64,000 bases of DNA from Alphaproteobacteria bacterium (GTDB taxonomy: Bacteria; Pseudomonadota; Alphaproteobacteria; Rhizobiales; BM303). Position numbers and translations under genes: made by a program. The stretch is from NCBI GenBank assembly GCA_024275895.1, contig JAJRYE010000006.1, positions 26,139 through 90,138 on the forward strand. The letters run 5' to 3'. Positions within the stretch are counted from its first letter, which is position 1; each line of letters begins with the position of its first letter. The notes under the pieces are model-generated. The model was not told the DNA's origin. It did no database searches and saw only the letters and a list, made by a program, of their open reading frames with translations. Below, piece by piece: positions 18,597-26,668 of the stretch.

Positions 18597-19523
18597 ATGC
18601 AGCACAGGTTTATGTCTGAAAAAGCCGGACATACGTTCAAGGCGTCGAAGCCGCGCAAGCTCAGCCGCCGCAAGTTCCTGACCGATATAGCCAGGACGGC
18701 CTGCGGGGTCGGCTTTTTCGGCCTTGGGGTCGGCATATATTCAAAGCCGGCCAGCTCGTTGCCCGCACTGGCGTTAAGGCCGCCCGGCGCCCTGCCGGAA
18801 GAGGCGTTTCTGGCCGCGTGCACAAGGTGCGGGCTGTGTGTGCGCGATTGCCCCTATGATATTTTAAAACTGGCCGAACTGGGCGCCGATAATGTGGCCA
18901 CGGGCACGCCGTATTTTACCGCCCGGACCGGGCCTTGCGAGATGTGCGAGGATATCCCCTGCGTCCCGGTATGCCCGACAGGGGCGCTTTCGCATGAGTT
19001 GACCGATATCAACAAGTCACGCATGGGGCTTGCGGTTCTGGTCGATCAGGAATCCTGCATTGCCTTTTTGGGCCTGCGCTGCGAGGTTTGCTTCAATGTC
19101 TGCCCGGTGCGTGATCAGGCGATCAGGATTGAACCACGGCCCAATCTTCGCTCCGGTCATCACGCCTTGTTTATTCCGGTAGTCTATTCTGAAGCCTGCA
19201 CCGGCTGCGGCTTATGCGAAAAAGCCTGTATTCTGGAAGAGGCGGCGATCAAGGTCCTGCCGATGCGCGTCGCCAGGGGGGAACTCGGGCAGCATTACCG
19301 GCTGGGCTGGGAGCAAAAGGACAAGGCCGGCGGCAGTCTGGTTGCGCCGGATACGGAACATAAATTCAATCTGCCCGAAGGCGTAAAATATGACTATTAC
19401 GGGCGCGGGCTTGTCGATGAACGCGGCGCCGCCATAACAATGCCGGGAACCGGGGAGGCCGCCACGCCGTTTTCCAGTAACCCGCTCGATACGCTCAATC
19501 GCGGCATCAGGGAGGCGAAATAA
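18597..19523 (+). CDS. napG: Periplasmic ferredoxin-type quinol dehydrogenase subunit NapG
   Basis: Tat motif SRRKFLTDIARTA and four Fe-S cluster motifs (CTRCGLCVRDCP, CEMCEDIPCVPVCP, CEVCFNVCP, CTGCGLCEKAC). Start could be 18597 or 18612; the ORF-track start 18438 lies inside napA. Confidence 0.88.
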   Translation: MQHRFMSEKAGHTFKASKPRKLSRRKFLTDIARTACGVGFFGLGVGIYSKPASSLPALALRPPGALPEEAFLAACTRCGLCVRDCPYDILKLAELGADNVATGTPYFTARTGPCEMCEDIPCVPVCPTGALSHELTDINKSRMGLAVLVDQESCIAFLGLRCEVCFNVCPVRDQAIRIEPRPNLRSGHHALFIPVVYSEACTGCGLCEKACILEEAAIKVLPMRVARGELGQHYRLGWEQKDKAGGSLVAPDTEHKFNLPEGVKYDYYGRGLVDERGAAITMPGTGEAATPFSSNPLDTLNRGIREAK

Positions 19524-20446
19524 TGATTACGCCTCTGGATCAGCTTGGACGCGAAGCGATTGCCAAAAGGGGCTGGTTTGCGGCCCATAAATGGTTGCTG
19601 CTGCGGCGGTTGTCGCAAATGTCTGTTTTCGCCCTGTTTCTGCTCGGCCCGATTGCCGGGATATGGATTATCAAGGGAAACCTCTCCTCCAGCTTGTTGT
19701 TTGACGTGGTTCCCATGACTGACCCGCTGCTGTTCCTGCAGATACTGAGCGCCGGGTTTACCGGCATTGCTTCTGCCGCCGTCATCGGCGCGGCGCTGGT
19801 GCTGGTGTTTTACCTTGTCGTCGGCGGGCGTGTCTATTGCTCCTGGGTCTGCCCGGTCAATATCGTCACTGATACCGCCAATTGGCTGCGCCGCAGGCTG
19901 AATATCAAATCCTCGGCGAAAATCAGCGTCAATGCGCGCTACTGGATGTTGGCCCTGACCCTGGTGCTCTCTTTTAGCACCGGCACCTTGGCCTATGAGC
20001 TGGTGAATCCGGTCTCCATGCTGCATCGAGGCCTGATCTTCGGGATGGGCTTTGGCTGGACCATTGTTCTGGGGGTGTTTTTGTTTGATCTTCTGATCAT
20101 GAAGCACGGCTGGTGCGGGCATTTATGTCCCATGGGCGCATTTTACGGAATCCTGGGCAATTCCGCTTTTGTCCGGGTGCGGGCCGACCGGCGCGCCGAT
20201 TGCGATGATTGTATGGAATGCTATGAGGTTTGCCCCGAACCCCAGGTGCTTCCCCCCGCCCTGAAGGGTGAGCAAAAAGGACTTGCTCCTGTGATCCTGT
20301 CCGGCGACTGCACCAATTGCGGGCGTTGCGTGGATATTTGCGGCGAGGATGTGTTTGATTTTGGCCTGCGTATCGGCCGGATATCTGGAGTTGGTAAAGT
20401 TGACGGCGCCCCGCGCGCCGTTTCAGGGCACGAGAGTGCATCCTGA
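19523..20446 (+). CDS. napH: Membrane quinol dehydrogenase subunit NapH
   Basis: Four TM helices, CSWVCP and CGHLCPMGAFYG motifs, and a C-terminal 2x[4Fe-4S] (CDDCMECYEVCP, CTNCGRCVDIC). Confidence 0.88.
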   Translation: MITPLDQLGREAIAKRGWFAAHKWLLLRRLSQMSVFALFLLGPIAGIWIIKGNLSSSLLFDVVPMTDPLLFLQILSAGFTGIASAAVIGAALVLVFYLVVGGRVYCSWVCPVNIVTDTANWLRRRLNIKSSAKISVNARYWMLALTLVLSFSTGTLAYELVNPVSMLHRGLIFGMGFGWTIVLGVFLFDLLIMKHGWCGHLCPMGAFYGILGNSAFVRVRADRRADCDDCMECYEVCPEPQVLPPALKGEQKGLAPVILSGDCTNCGRCVDICGEDVFDFGLRIGRISGVGKVDGAPRAVSGHESAS

Positions 20447-20507
20447 AGAGTTAAGTTTGTTTTGTAGGATCAACCTGAACCTGACGTTCATCATGATGGA
20501 GGTGGAA

Positions 20508-20927
20508 ATGAGAACACTATTTCTGACACTGATTGCCGGGGCTTTTGCGGCTCTGACATTTACCGCAGCGGCCAATGCCGATGTTACTTCCCTGCGCGGT
20601 GCCAACAAGCTGGAGGCTCCCGCAAAAATGTTTGAAAAGAAACGGGTAGAGACGGTGACCGGCGGCATCAAGCGCAGCTGGAAACTGCAACCCCCGTCAA
20701 TCCCGCACAAGATCGGCAAGGAAAGGATCAATCTGGAAGCGAATACCTGCCTGCGCTGTCACGGGGCGGAATTTTATAAAAAAGAAAAAGCGCCGGAGAT
20801 TGGCCTTTCGCATTTCGTCGATGCCGCCGGCAAGAAACAGGAAACCTTGAATATGCGGCGCTATTTCTGCACCCAGTGCCACACGACCCAGGTGGGTGCC
20901 AAACCGCTCGTGCCAAATACATTTTAG
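20508..20927 (+). CDS. napB: Dihaem cytochrome c NapB
   Basis: Signal peptide MRTLFLTLIAGAFAALTFTAAANA after a GGAGG RBS, and two haem motifs CLRCH and CTQCH. ATG 20508 is preferred to 20349. Confidence 0.9.
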   Translation: MRTLFLTLIAGAFAALTFTAAANADVTSLRGANKLEAPAKMFEKKRVETVTGGIKRSWKLQPPSIPHKIGKERINLEANTCLRCHGAEFYKKEKAPEIGLSHFVDAAGKKQETLNMRRYFCTQCHTTQVGAKPLVPNTF

Positions 20928-21062
20928 GGCGCGGGTGACGTGAAACCGGCAGTCGGATGACTGTCATAACGGCCAGAGTGTGAAAAGCTTCCGGACCATT
21001 CTTCGCAGCAAGCGGGATGGTGCGGGGGCGTTTCCGGCGCTGGTCTTCAGGGGATAAGATAA

Positions 21063-21701
21063 ATGAGTAAAAACAAGCAGGGCGGCTTTATCAAGCGCCT
21101 CTGGAGAGGATTTTGGGGACCGAGCGCCCGTTACGGCTTCGGGGCCATTTTGATTTCCGGTTTTATCATCGGCGTTGCGTTCTGGGGCGGCTTCAACTGG
21201 ACCCTGGCACTCACCAATACGGAAACCTTTTGTATATCCTGTCATGAAATGAAGGATAATGTGTACGAGGAGTACAAGGAGACGATTCATTTCACCAACC
21301 GGACCGGGGTTCGCGCCACTTGCCCTGATTGCCATGTGCCCAGAGAATGGGTTCACAAGATCGTCCGCAAGGTCAAGGCCACAAAGGAGTTGTATCACAA
21401 GATACTGGGTACCATCGATACCAAGGAGAAGTTCAGGAATAACCGTCTCTGGATGGCGAAAAGCGAATGGACACGGATGAAAGCCACCGATTCGCGCGAA
21501 TGCCGCAATTGCCATAATTTCGGCTCCATGGATCTGGAAAAACAGGAAGAGCGGGCCTCCGACAAGCATGACCCCTTTGTCTGGGAGGTTCTTGACGGCA
21601 AGGAGCCGACGAAAACCTGCATCGATTGCCATATGGGGATTGCTCATAAGCTGGCCAAAGGCTGGGAAAAAGCCGCCAAGGAAGTGGGACTTGGCGAATA
21701 A
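21063..21701 (+). CDS. napC: Tetrahaem cytochrome c quinol dehydrogenase NapC (NapC/NirT family)
   Basis: N-terminal TM anchor and four CxxCH motifs (CISCH, CPDCH, CRNCH, CIDCH). Confidence 0.92.
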   Translation: MSKNKQGGFIKRLWRGFWGPSARYGFGAILISGFIIGVAFWGGFNWTLALTNTETFCISCHEMKDNVYEEYKETIHFTNRTGVRATCPDCHVPREWVHKIVRKVKATKELYHKILGTIDTKEKFRNNRLWMAKSEWTRMKATDSRECRNCHNFGSMDLEKQEERASDKHDPFVWEVLDGKEPTKTCIDCHMGIAHKLAKGWEKAAKEVGLGE

Positions 21702-21768
21702 ATACCCCGCCTGATTTGCCGTGATTTTGAGGTTTCGGGAAGGCTTCCCGCAGCCTGAAAAATGAAAG

Positions 21769-21808
21769 GCGCGGTGGTGACTTTCGAGGTCGCCACTGCG
21801 CTTTATTT
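21769..21808 (+). terminator. Rho-independent terminator after napC
   Basis: 13-bp stem GCGCGGTGGTGAC / GTCGCCACTGCGC (two G-U pairs), 7-nt loop, then TTTATTT. Confidence 0.7.
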
Positions 21809-21959
21809 GTGCGCCCGCCTACGCATATAGGTGAATGTGTCAATTGATCGCAGGAATTTTCGCCCTCTTTGAGATAGAATGTCATACACAAAACGCAGGA
21901 ATGAGTGTAAACAAAGCTCAGGATAACCTGCCTGTTCCGTACGGTATCGAGGGAGAACA

Positions 21960-22676
21960 ATGAAAAGAAAGCATTTTGAACTGCTTAAAAAACTGCCGCT
22001 TTTTGTTGGTCTTGAAGAAAAACGCATCCAGGAAATTATTGGAACGGCGCAGCCTTGCGAGTTTCCGCGCGGCAAGATAATTTTCCAGCAAGGCGATCCG
22101 GCGGACTGGTTTTACGTTATTTTACAAGGCTGGGTTAAGGTATTCCGGGTCTCCGAAGAAGGTAATGAAGCGGTGCTTGGCGTATTTTCAAGAGGCGATA
22201 CGGTCGCCGATGCCGCTATGTTTATCGGCAAGCGCTATCCGGCCAGCGCCCAGATTGTCGCCGAGGCGACCTTGCTGCGCATTGACGGGGTGCGCTTGCG
22301 CCAGAGCATTCACGACGACTCGGAAATTGCGTTTTCGCTGCTGGCCTCCATGTCGCATCATATGAAAAACCTGACCGATCAGGTTGCCCAGATGAAGCTT
22401 TATCACGGCCCCGAACGCGTCGCCCTGTTCCTTTTACGCCTTTGCCCCCTGCCGGAAGGGCCGGCGGTAATTTCCCTTCCCTATGAAAAATCGCTGGTCG
22501 CCGCCCGGCTCGGGATGCAGCCTGAAAGCCTGTCGCGGGCGCTGAGCAAACTGCGCGATATCGGCGTTACGGTGAATCAGGGCCATGTTGTTGTCAATGA
22601 TGTTGCCAAACTGGCCAAATTCGTCAATGCCGATCCGGTTCACTCCATAAAGAACGGCAGGGGCGGGCGCGCCTGA
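21960..22676 (+). CDS. Crp/Fnr-family transcriptional regulator (Dnr/FixK-like, no N-terminal Cys cluster)
   Basis: cNMP-binding-like fold (LFVGLEEKRIQEI...GDPADWFYVILQGWVKV) and a C-terminal HTH with the FNR-type recognition motif GMQPESLSRALSKL (E-x-x-S-R). Confidence 0.85.
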   Translation: MKRKHFELLKKLPLFVGLEEKRIQEIIGTAQPCEFPRGKIIFQQGDPADWFYVILQGWVKVFRVSEEGNEAVLGVFSRGDTVADAAMFIGKRYPASAQIVAEATLLRIDGVRLRQSIHDDSEIAFSLLASMSHHMKNLTDQVAQMKLYHGPERVALFLLRLCPLPEGPAVISLPYEKSLVAARLGMQPESLSRALSKLRDIGVTVNQGHVVVNDVAKLAKFVNADPVHSIKNGRGGRA

Positions 22677-22804
22677 GCGGCGTTCTGCGCTCCGGATTTC
22701 ATATACTTCACAAATCGCTCCGGTTTCATCACATCCTTTTGACATGATAACCGGTCAGAATCCTCTAAACTTGGTGAATTTGGGGAAATCAGGGAGTATA
22801 TTCG

Positions 22805-25069
22805 ATGCGCCGTCCGCTGTTGTGGCTTTTTGCCCTGAGTTTATTTATAGTGATTCCAGACAAGCCGGTGATGGCCAGCGAGAAATCCTCCACAATGAAC
22901 CGATTAGCCAATGAAGCCTCGCCCTATCTGCGCCAGCATGCGGAAAATCCCGTGGACTGGTATCCGTGGGGGGAAGAGGCACTGGCCAGGGCAAAGGCCG
23001 AGAACAAGCCGATTTTCCTCTCAGTTGGCTATTCGACCTGTCACTGGTGCCATGTGATGAAGCGTGAAAGCTTTGAGAATGAGGCCATTGCCGCGATCCT
23101 CAACACATATTTTATCGCCATCAAGGTTGACCGGGAAAGCCGCCCCGATATTGACGAAATTTACATGCTGGCAACCCAGCTTCTGACCAAAAGCGGCGGC
23201 TGGCCGAACTCGGTATTTCTCACCCCCAAAGGCGAGCCGTTTTACGCCGGCACATATTTTCCGCCGGATATGTTTACAAAAATTCTCAAGGCGGTCGCGC
23301 GCGAGTGGAAGTCCAACCGGCCGGAACTTGAACAAAGCGCAGCCCGCCTGGCGACGATCATCCGCGATTACACCCAGTCGGTCAGCAAGGCGGCAAAGCT
23401 GACCCCGGATGTCTTTACCAAGGCAAATGAAGCGATTTACCAGACCCATGACGAATTTCTCGGCGGCTTCAGCGAGGCGCCCAAATTCCCGCAGGAGCCG
23501 GTTTTGCTTTATCTTTTGCATATGGCGGCAAAGGGGGGGGAGGCCAAATATCTTGATGCCGCGACCCTTTCCCTCGACGCCATAGCCCGGGGCGGGATCA
23601 CCGATCAGGTTGGTGGCGGTTTTCACCGTTATTCGGTCGATAATGCCTGGCTGGTGCCGCATTTTGAAAAGATGCTCTATAATCAGGCGCAGCTCGTGCG
23701 CGCCTATGTCCAGGCCCACGCCCTGACCGGACGGCGCGATTTCGCCCGCACGGCGCGCCATGCCATTGACTATGTCCTTGCCGATTTGCGCGCCCCTTCG
23801 GGCGGGTTTTACTCGGCCCGCGATGCCGATAGCGAGGAGGAGGAGGGCAAATTTTACATCTGGACAAAGGAGCAACTGACCGCGGCCCTGGGCAAGGCAG
23901 ATGCCGGGTTTGTTGTTGAGGTTTTCGGAGTTACCGAGACTGGGAATTTTGAAGGCGCCAATATCCTTCACCTTGAAAAAAGCCTTGCTGAATGGGCGCG
24001 GGAAAAAGGCATGACAACGGCGCAGTTCGTTGAAAAAACTGATAAAATACTTAGCCGCCTGAATTTGGCCAGAGCCGGGCGCATCCCGCCGCACCGGGAT
24101 GAAAAAATCATCACCTCCTGGAACGGCATGATGATCACGGCCCTTGCCGAGGCCGGGGATATCCTGAATGAAAAAGCCTATATCATGGCCGCCGGCAAGG
24201 CGGCGCGGATGATCTGGGATAAAATGCACAAGGGAAACGGCGCGCTCTGGCGGGTGTATTTTGATGGCGGCCTGAGCGTTGATGGCCAACAGGAAGATTA
24301 TGCCTATCTGGCGCAGGGGCTGATCGCTCTTTTTGACGCTACGGGTGACGGCGAATGGCTGAAAAAGGCCGAGTTTGTCACGGCGGCCATGATCGAGCGG
24401 TTTGCCGACCCCAAAGCCGGTGATTTTTTCATGATCGAAAAAACCGGCAAGATGGGGCGGCCGAAACTGAAGAATGACGGCGCTACAGCCTCGGGCAATT
24501 CGGTTGCGCTGGATGTTCTGGGCAAATTGTCGCGGCGCTCGGAAAATCCTGATTTCGATATGCGCGCGCGCGCCCTGCTGGCGGCGCTGTCGGGCCTTCT
24601 GGTCGCCTCGCCAGAGGGGCATGCCTATGCGCTGCGCGCCGCTGAAGCCTTGCTCTACGGCGAGGCCGGGCCGGTGCAATATGCCGGTAACGGCGTTTTG
24701 CGGGCCCGGGCGGTTATGGGCAGGAAAAAGGTTGAAATTCATATCGAGGTGAAAGAGGGCTGGCATATCAACGCCAACAAACCCCTTGAGCCAGACTTCA
24801 TTCCAACCAAATTAAACTATGAGGCCCCCGAGGGCTGGAAACTGGGCGATGTACTTTACCCCAAAGCTGTCGTGCGGGTGTTGCGGTTCAATGATAATCC
24901 TATGGCGCTATATGAAGGGGAGGTTGTTTTGAATATGCCTGTCGTTGAGCGGGACAAGAGCGGCGCAAGCCCCGTGCATCTGAAACTTCAGGTTCAGATA
25001 TGCAGCGACAAAATCTGCCTTGAGCCGGAAACACTGTCGTTATATCTGCCCGTTCCGGACCGGGACTAG
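22805..25069 (+). CDS. Secreted thioredoxin-domain protein (DUF255/YyaL-like) with (alpha/alpha)6-like body and C-terminal DsbD-N-like domain
   Basis: Signal peptide [24 protein letters not shown]. Motifs [65 protein letters not shown]-terminal [10 protein letters not shown]...[14 protein letters not shown]. Confidence 0.8.
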   Translation: MRRPLLWLFALSLFIVIPDKPVMASEKSSTMNRLANEASPYLRQHAENPVDWYPWGEEALARAKAENKPIFLSVGYSTCHWCHVMKRESFENEAIAAILNTYFIAIKVDRESRPDIDEIYMLATQLLTKSGGWPNSVFLTPKGEPFYAGTYFPPDMFTKILKAVAREWKSNRPELEQSAARLATIIRDYTQSVSKAAKLTPDVFTKANEAIYQTHDEFLGGFSEAPKFPQEPVLLYLLHMAAKGGEAKYLDAATLSLDAIARGGITDQVGGGFHRYSVDNAWLVPHFEKMLYNQAQLVRAYVQAHALTGRRDFARTARHAIDYVLADLRAPSGGFYSARDADSEEEEGKFYIWTKEQLTAALGKADAGFVVEVFGVTETGNFEGANILHLEKSLAEWAREKGMTTAQFVEKTDKILSRLNLARAGRIPPHRDEKIITSWNGMMITALAEAGDILNEKAYIMAAGKAARMIWDKMHKGNGALWRVYFDGGLSVDGQQEDYAYLAQGLIALFDATGDGEWLKKAEFVTAAMIERFADPKAGDFFMIEKTGKMGRPKLKNDGATASGNSVALDVLGKLSRRSENPDFDMRARALLAALSGLLVASPEGHAYALRAAEALLYGEAGPVQYAGNGVLRARAVMGRKKVEIHIEVKEGWHINANKPLEPDFIPTKLNYEAPEGWKLGDVLYPKAVVRVLRFNDNPMALYEGEVVLNMPVVERDKSGASPVHLKLQVQICSDKICLEPETLSLYLPVPDRD

Positions 25070-25275
25070 GGGGGGCGGGGCTTTGATTGGCGCCTGAAAT
25101 ACCGGCGGCGCGTTCCGGCAGCGCCTGTTTGCCGGGGCAGGGCGCCGATATAAAGGTTTGGTGCCCTGATCAACTGCAGGTTTATTGCGTTGATTCAACT
25201 CCTGATATATAGATGCATCAGGGGTAATATACAGAAACGTTACAGATAAGAATTTCTACAGGGAGATTGTCTGAC

Positions 25276-26619
25276 ATGGACAGCGAGAAAGGCTGGACAC
25301 TGCTGTTTTGGGCCATGATCGTTCTTGGCGTTCTGGCGGTTTTGTTTCGCAGCGGCAGCATTGAGGAGGATCTGGCCGACAGAGCCAATGCGGCGTTGCA
25401 TGAAAACGGACTGTCATGGGCAAGCGTGAAAGAGGTGAGCGGCCGCAACCTGACCCTGATTGGCAAGGCTCCCGTCATGGCGCAAAGAGGATGGCCTGTC
25501 AGTATTGTTGAAAACCTGTACGGTGTCCGCAAGGTGAATGATGCGGGGATCAGCGTCAAGCCTCCGGTAACACCCTACACATGGGCGGCAATTGTTACTC
25601 CGGGCAAGGTTACACTGACTGGTTTTGTCCCTGATGAGGATACCAGAGCCGCTATTCTGGAAAAGGTGGGGAATATTGTTTCCGATCGCGCCATTACCGA
25701 CAAAATGGTGTTGGCCGATGGTGCGCCCGATAGCAGCTGGCTGGAAAATATCAATAATGTGCTGAAATACACCAAATACCTTAAGAACGGCGCGGTTCAG
25801 CTCAATGACCGCTCGGTCAAGGTTGAAGGCGAGGCATGGAATTCGCTTGATTTTGAAGTTATCGCCCTGCGCTCAAGCCGCGGCAGAACCGTGAATGAGT
25901 ACTCCTTTTCAAGCGATCTTGTTCCGCCGGAAGACAGTGCCGGACAATCGCTCGTAACCATTGCCCCGAACCCGGTTGAGGGGAAAGAAGCCGCAACGCC
26001 GGAAAATACCGTTAATCATGAAGATAACGCCGGGGCTGATGTTGAAACCGCTAATGCGGATATGGCCCCCGTTGCCGTGAAGCCCGATGCGGAAGTCAAA
26101 ACGGCAGGGGACAAAAATTCCGGGGATGGAGACGAGCAGGGCGAGGGATCATCTGCGGCCCCGGCCCCGTCATCCGGGGCAGCAGAAGCAACGGGAGATG
26201 TCTCCGGCAAGGTGAAAGCGGCATCTGCTGAAAACGTGAAAACACATGCGCCCGAAGCTGAAGCGGCGATAAAATCCAGCGGCGATAATCTGGCGCGGGA
26301 TAAAGCAGAAAAAGCAGTTTCCAAAGCCGGCACGGCTAAAATAAAAATCGTGGATGAAGAACAACCGGCGGCGGCAAAAGCCGCCATGCCTCAAAGCGAA
26401 CGGCAAAAACGATCGGCGGGCCCGGCGCGGATACCGGCCTATATGATCGCACCGCCATGGGCTTTCGCGCCTTACCGGGCCCCGCCGCCGGGCTTTTATC
26501 CGCCGCCGGGCTTTTATCCGGCCCAACGCGGATATTCTCCGGCGCCTCCGGTATATTATCCCGATTGCGGTTATGGATATCCATACGCTCCGGCTTATTG
26601 CGGCAGGCCGGTATATTAA
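25276..26619 (+). CDS. Membrane-anchored BON-like modular protein with acidic/Ala-rich linker and Pro/Tyr-rich C-terminal tail
   Basis: TM WTLLFWAMIVLGVLAVLF, a BON-like segment (LTLIGKAPV...VENLYGVRKVND), one PYxW..G.V.L.G..P module, a low-complexity linker, and the tail PPPGFYPPPGFYP..YYPDCGYGYPYAPAYCG. Paralogous to the next gene. Confidence 0.7.
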   Translation: MDSEKGWTLLFWAMIVLGVLAVLFRSGSIEEDLADRANAALHENGLSWASVKEVSGRNLTLIGKAPVMAQRGWPVSIVENLYGVRKVNDAGISVKPPVTPYTWAAIVTPGKVTLTGFVPDEDTRAAILEKVGNIVSDRAITDKMVLADGAPDSSWLENINNVLKYTKYLKNGAVQLNDRSVKVEGEAWNSLDFEVIALRSSRGRTVNEYSFSSDLVPPEDSAGQSLVTIAPNPVEGKEAATPENTVNHEDNAGADVETANADMAPVAVKPDAEVKTAGDKNSGDGDEQGEGSSAAPAPSSGAAEATGDVSGKVKAASAENVKTHAPEAEAAIKSSGDNLARDKAEKAVSKAGTAKIKIVDEEQPAAAKAAMPQSERQKRSAGPARIPAYMIAPPWAFAPYRAPPPGFYPPPGFYPAQRGYSPAPPVYYPDCGYGYPYAPAYCGRPVY

Positions 26620-26668
26620 AAAAAGTTCCAGGGCTGGTTAAAAGCCGGATGTGACAAGGGAAGCGAAT

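Noticed and set aside
15953-18823. 956-aa ORF on the minus strand covering all of napA and the start of napG
   Set aside because: It is in the codon-aligned antisense phase of napA (both codon series start at positions congruent to 2 mod 3). It therefore stays open simply because napA avoids the TTA, CTA and TCA codons after its fifth codon. The ORF ends exactly at the TCA codons at 15947/15953. The translation is low-complexity (R/G/A-rich) with no recognisable motifs. It is a GC-bias artefact.
23021-24766. 581-aa antisense ORF inside the thioredoxin-domain gene. Similar long antisense ORFs lie at 39051-40481 (glyA), 57195-58472 (panC/GNAT), 47790-48908 (hppA), 38128-39054 (hemA), 42709-43662 (ribE/ribB) and 19397-20122 (napH).
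   Set aside because: All lie opposite genes with unambiguous homology-grade motifs and have R/G/P/A-rich, motif-free translations. They are explained by codon bias of the sense gene. I see no independent RBS or start context.
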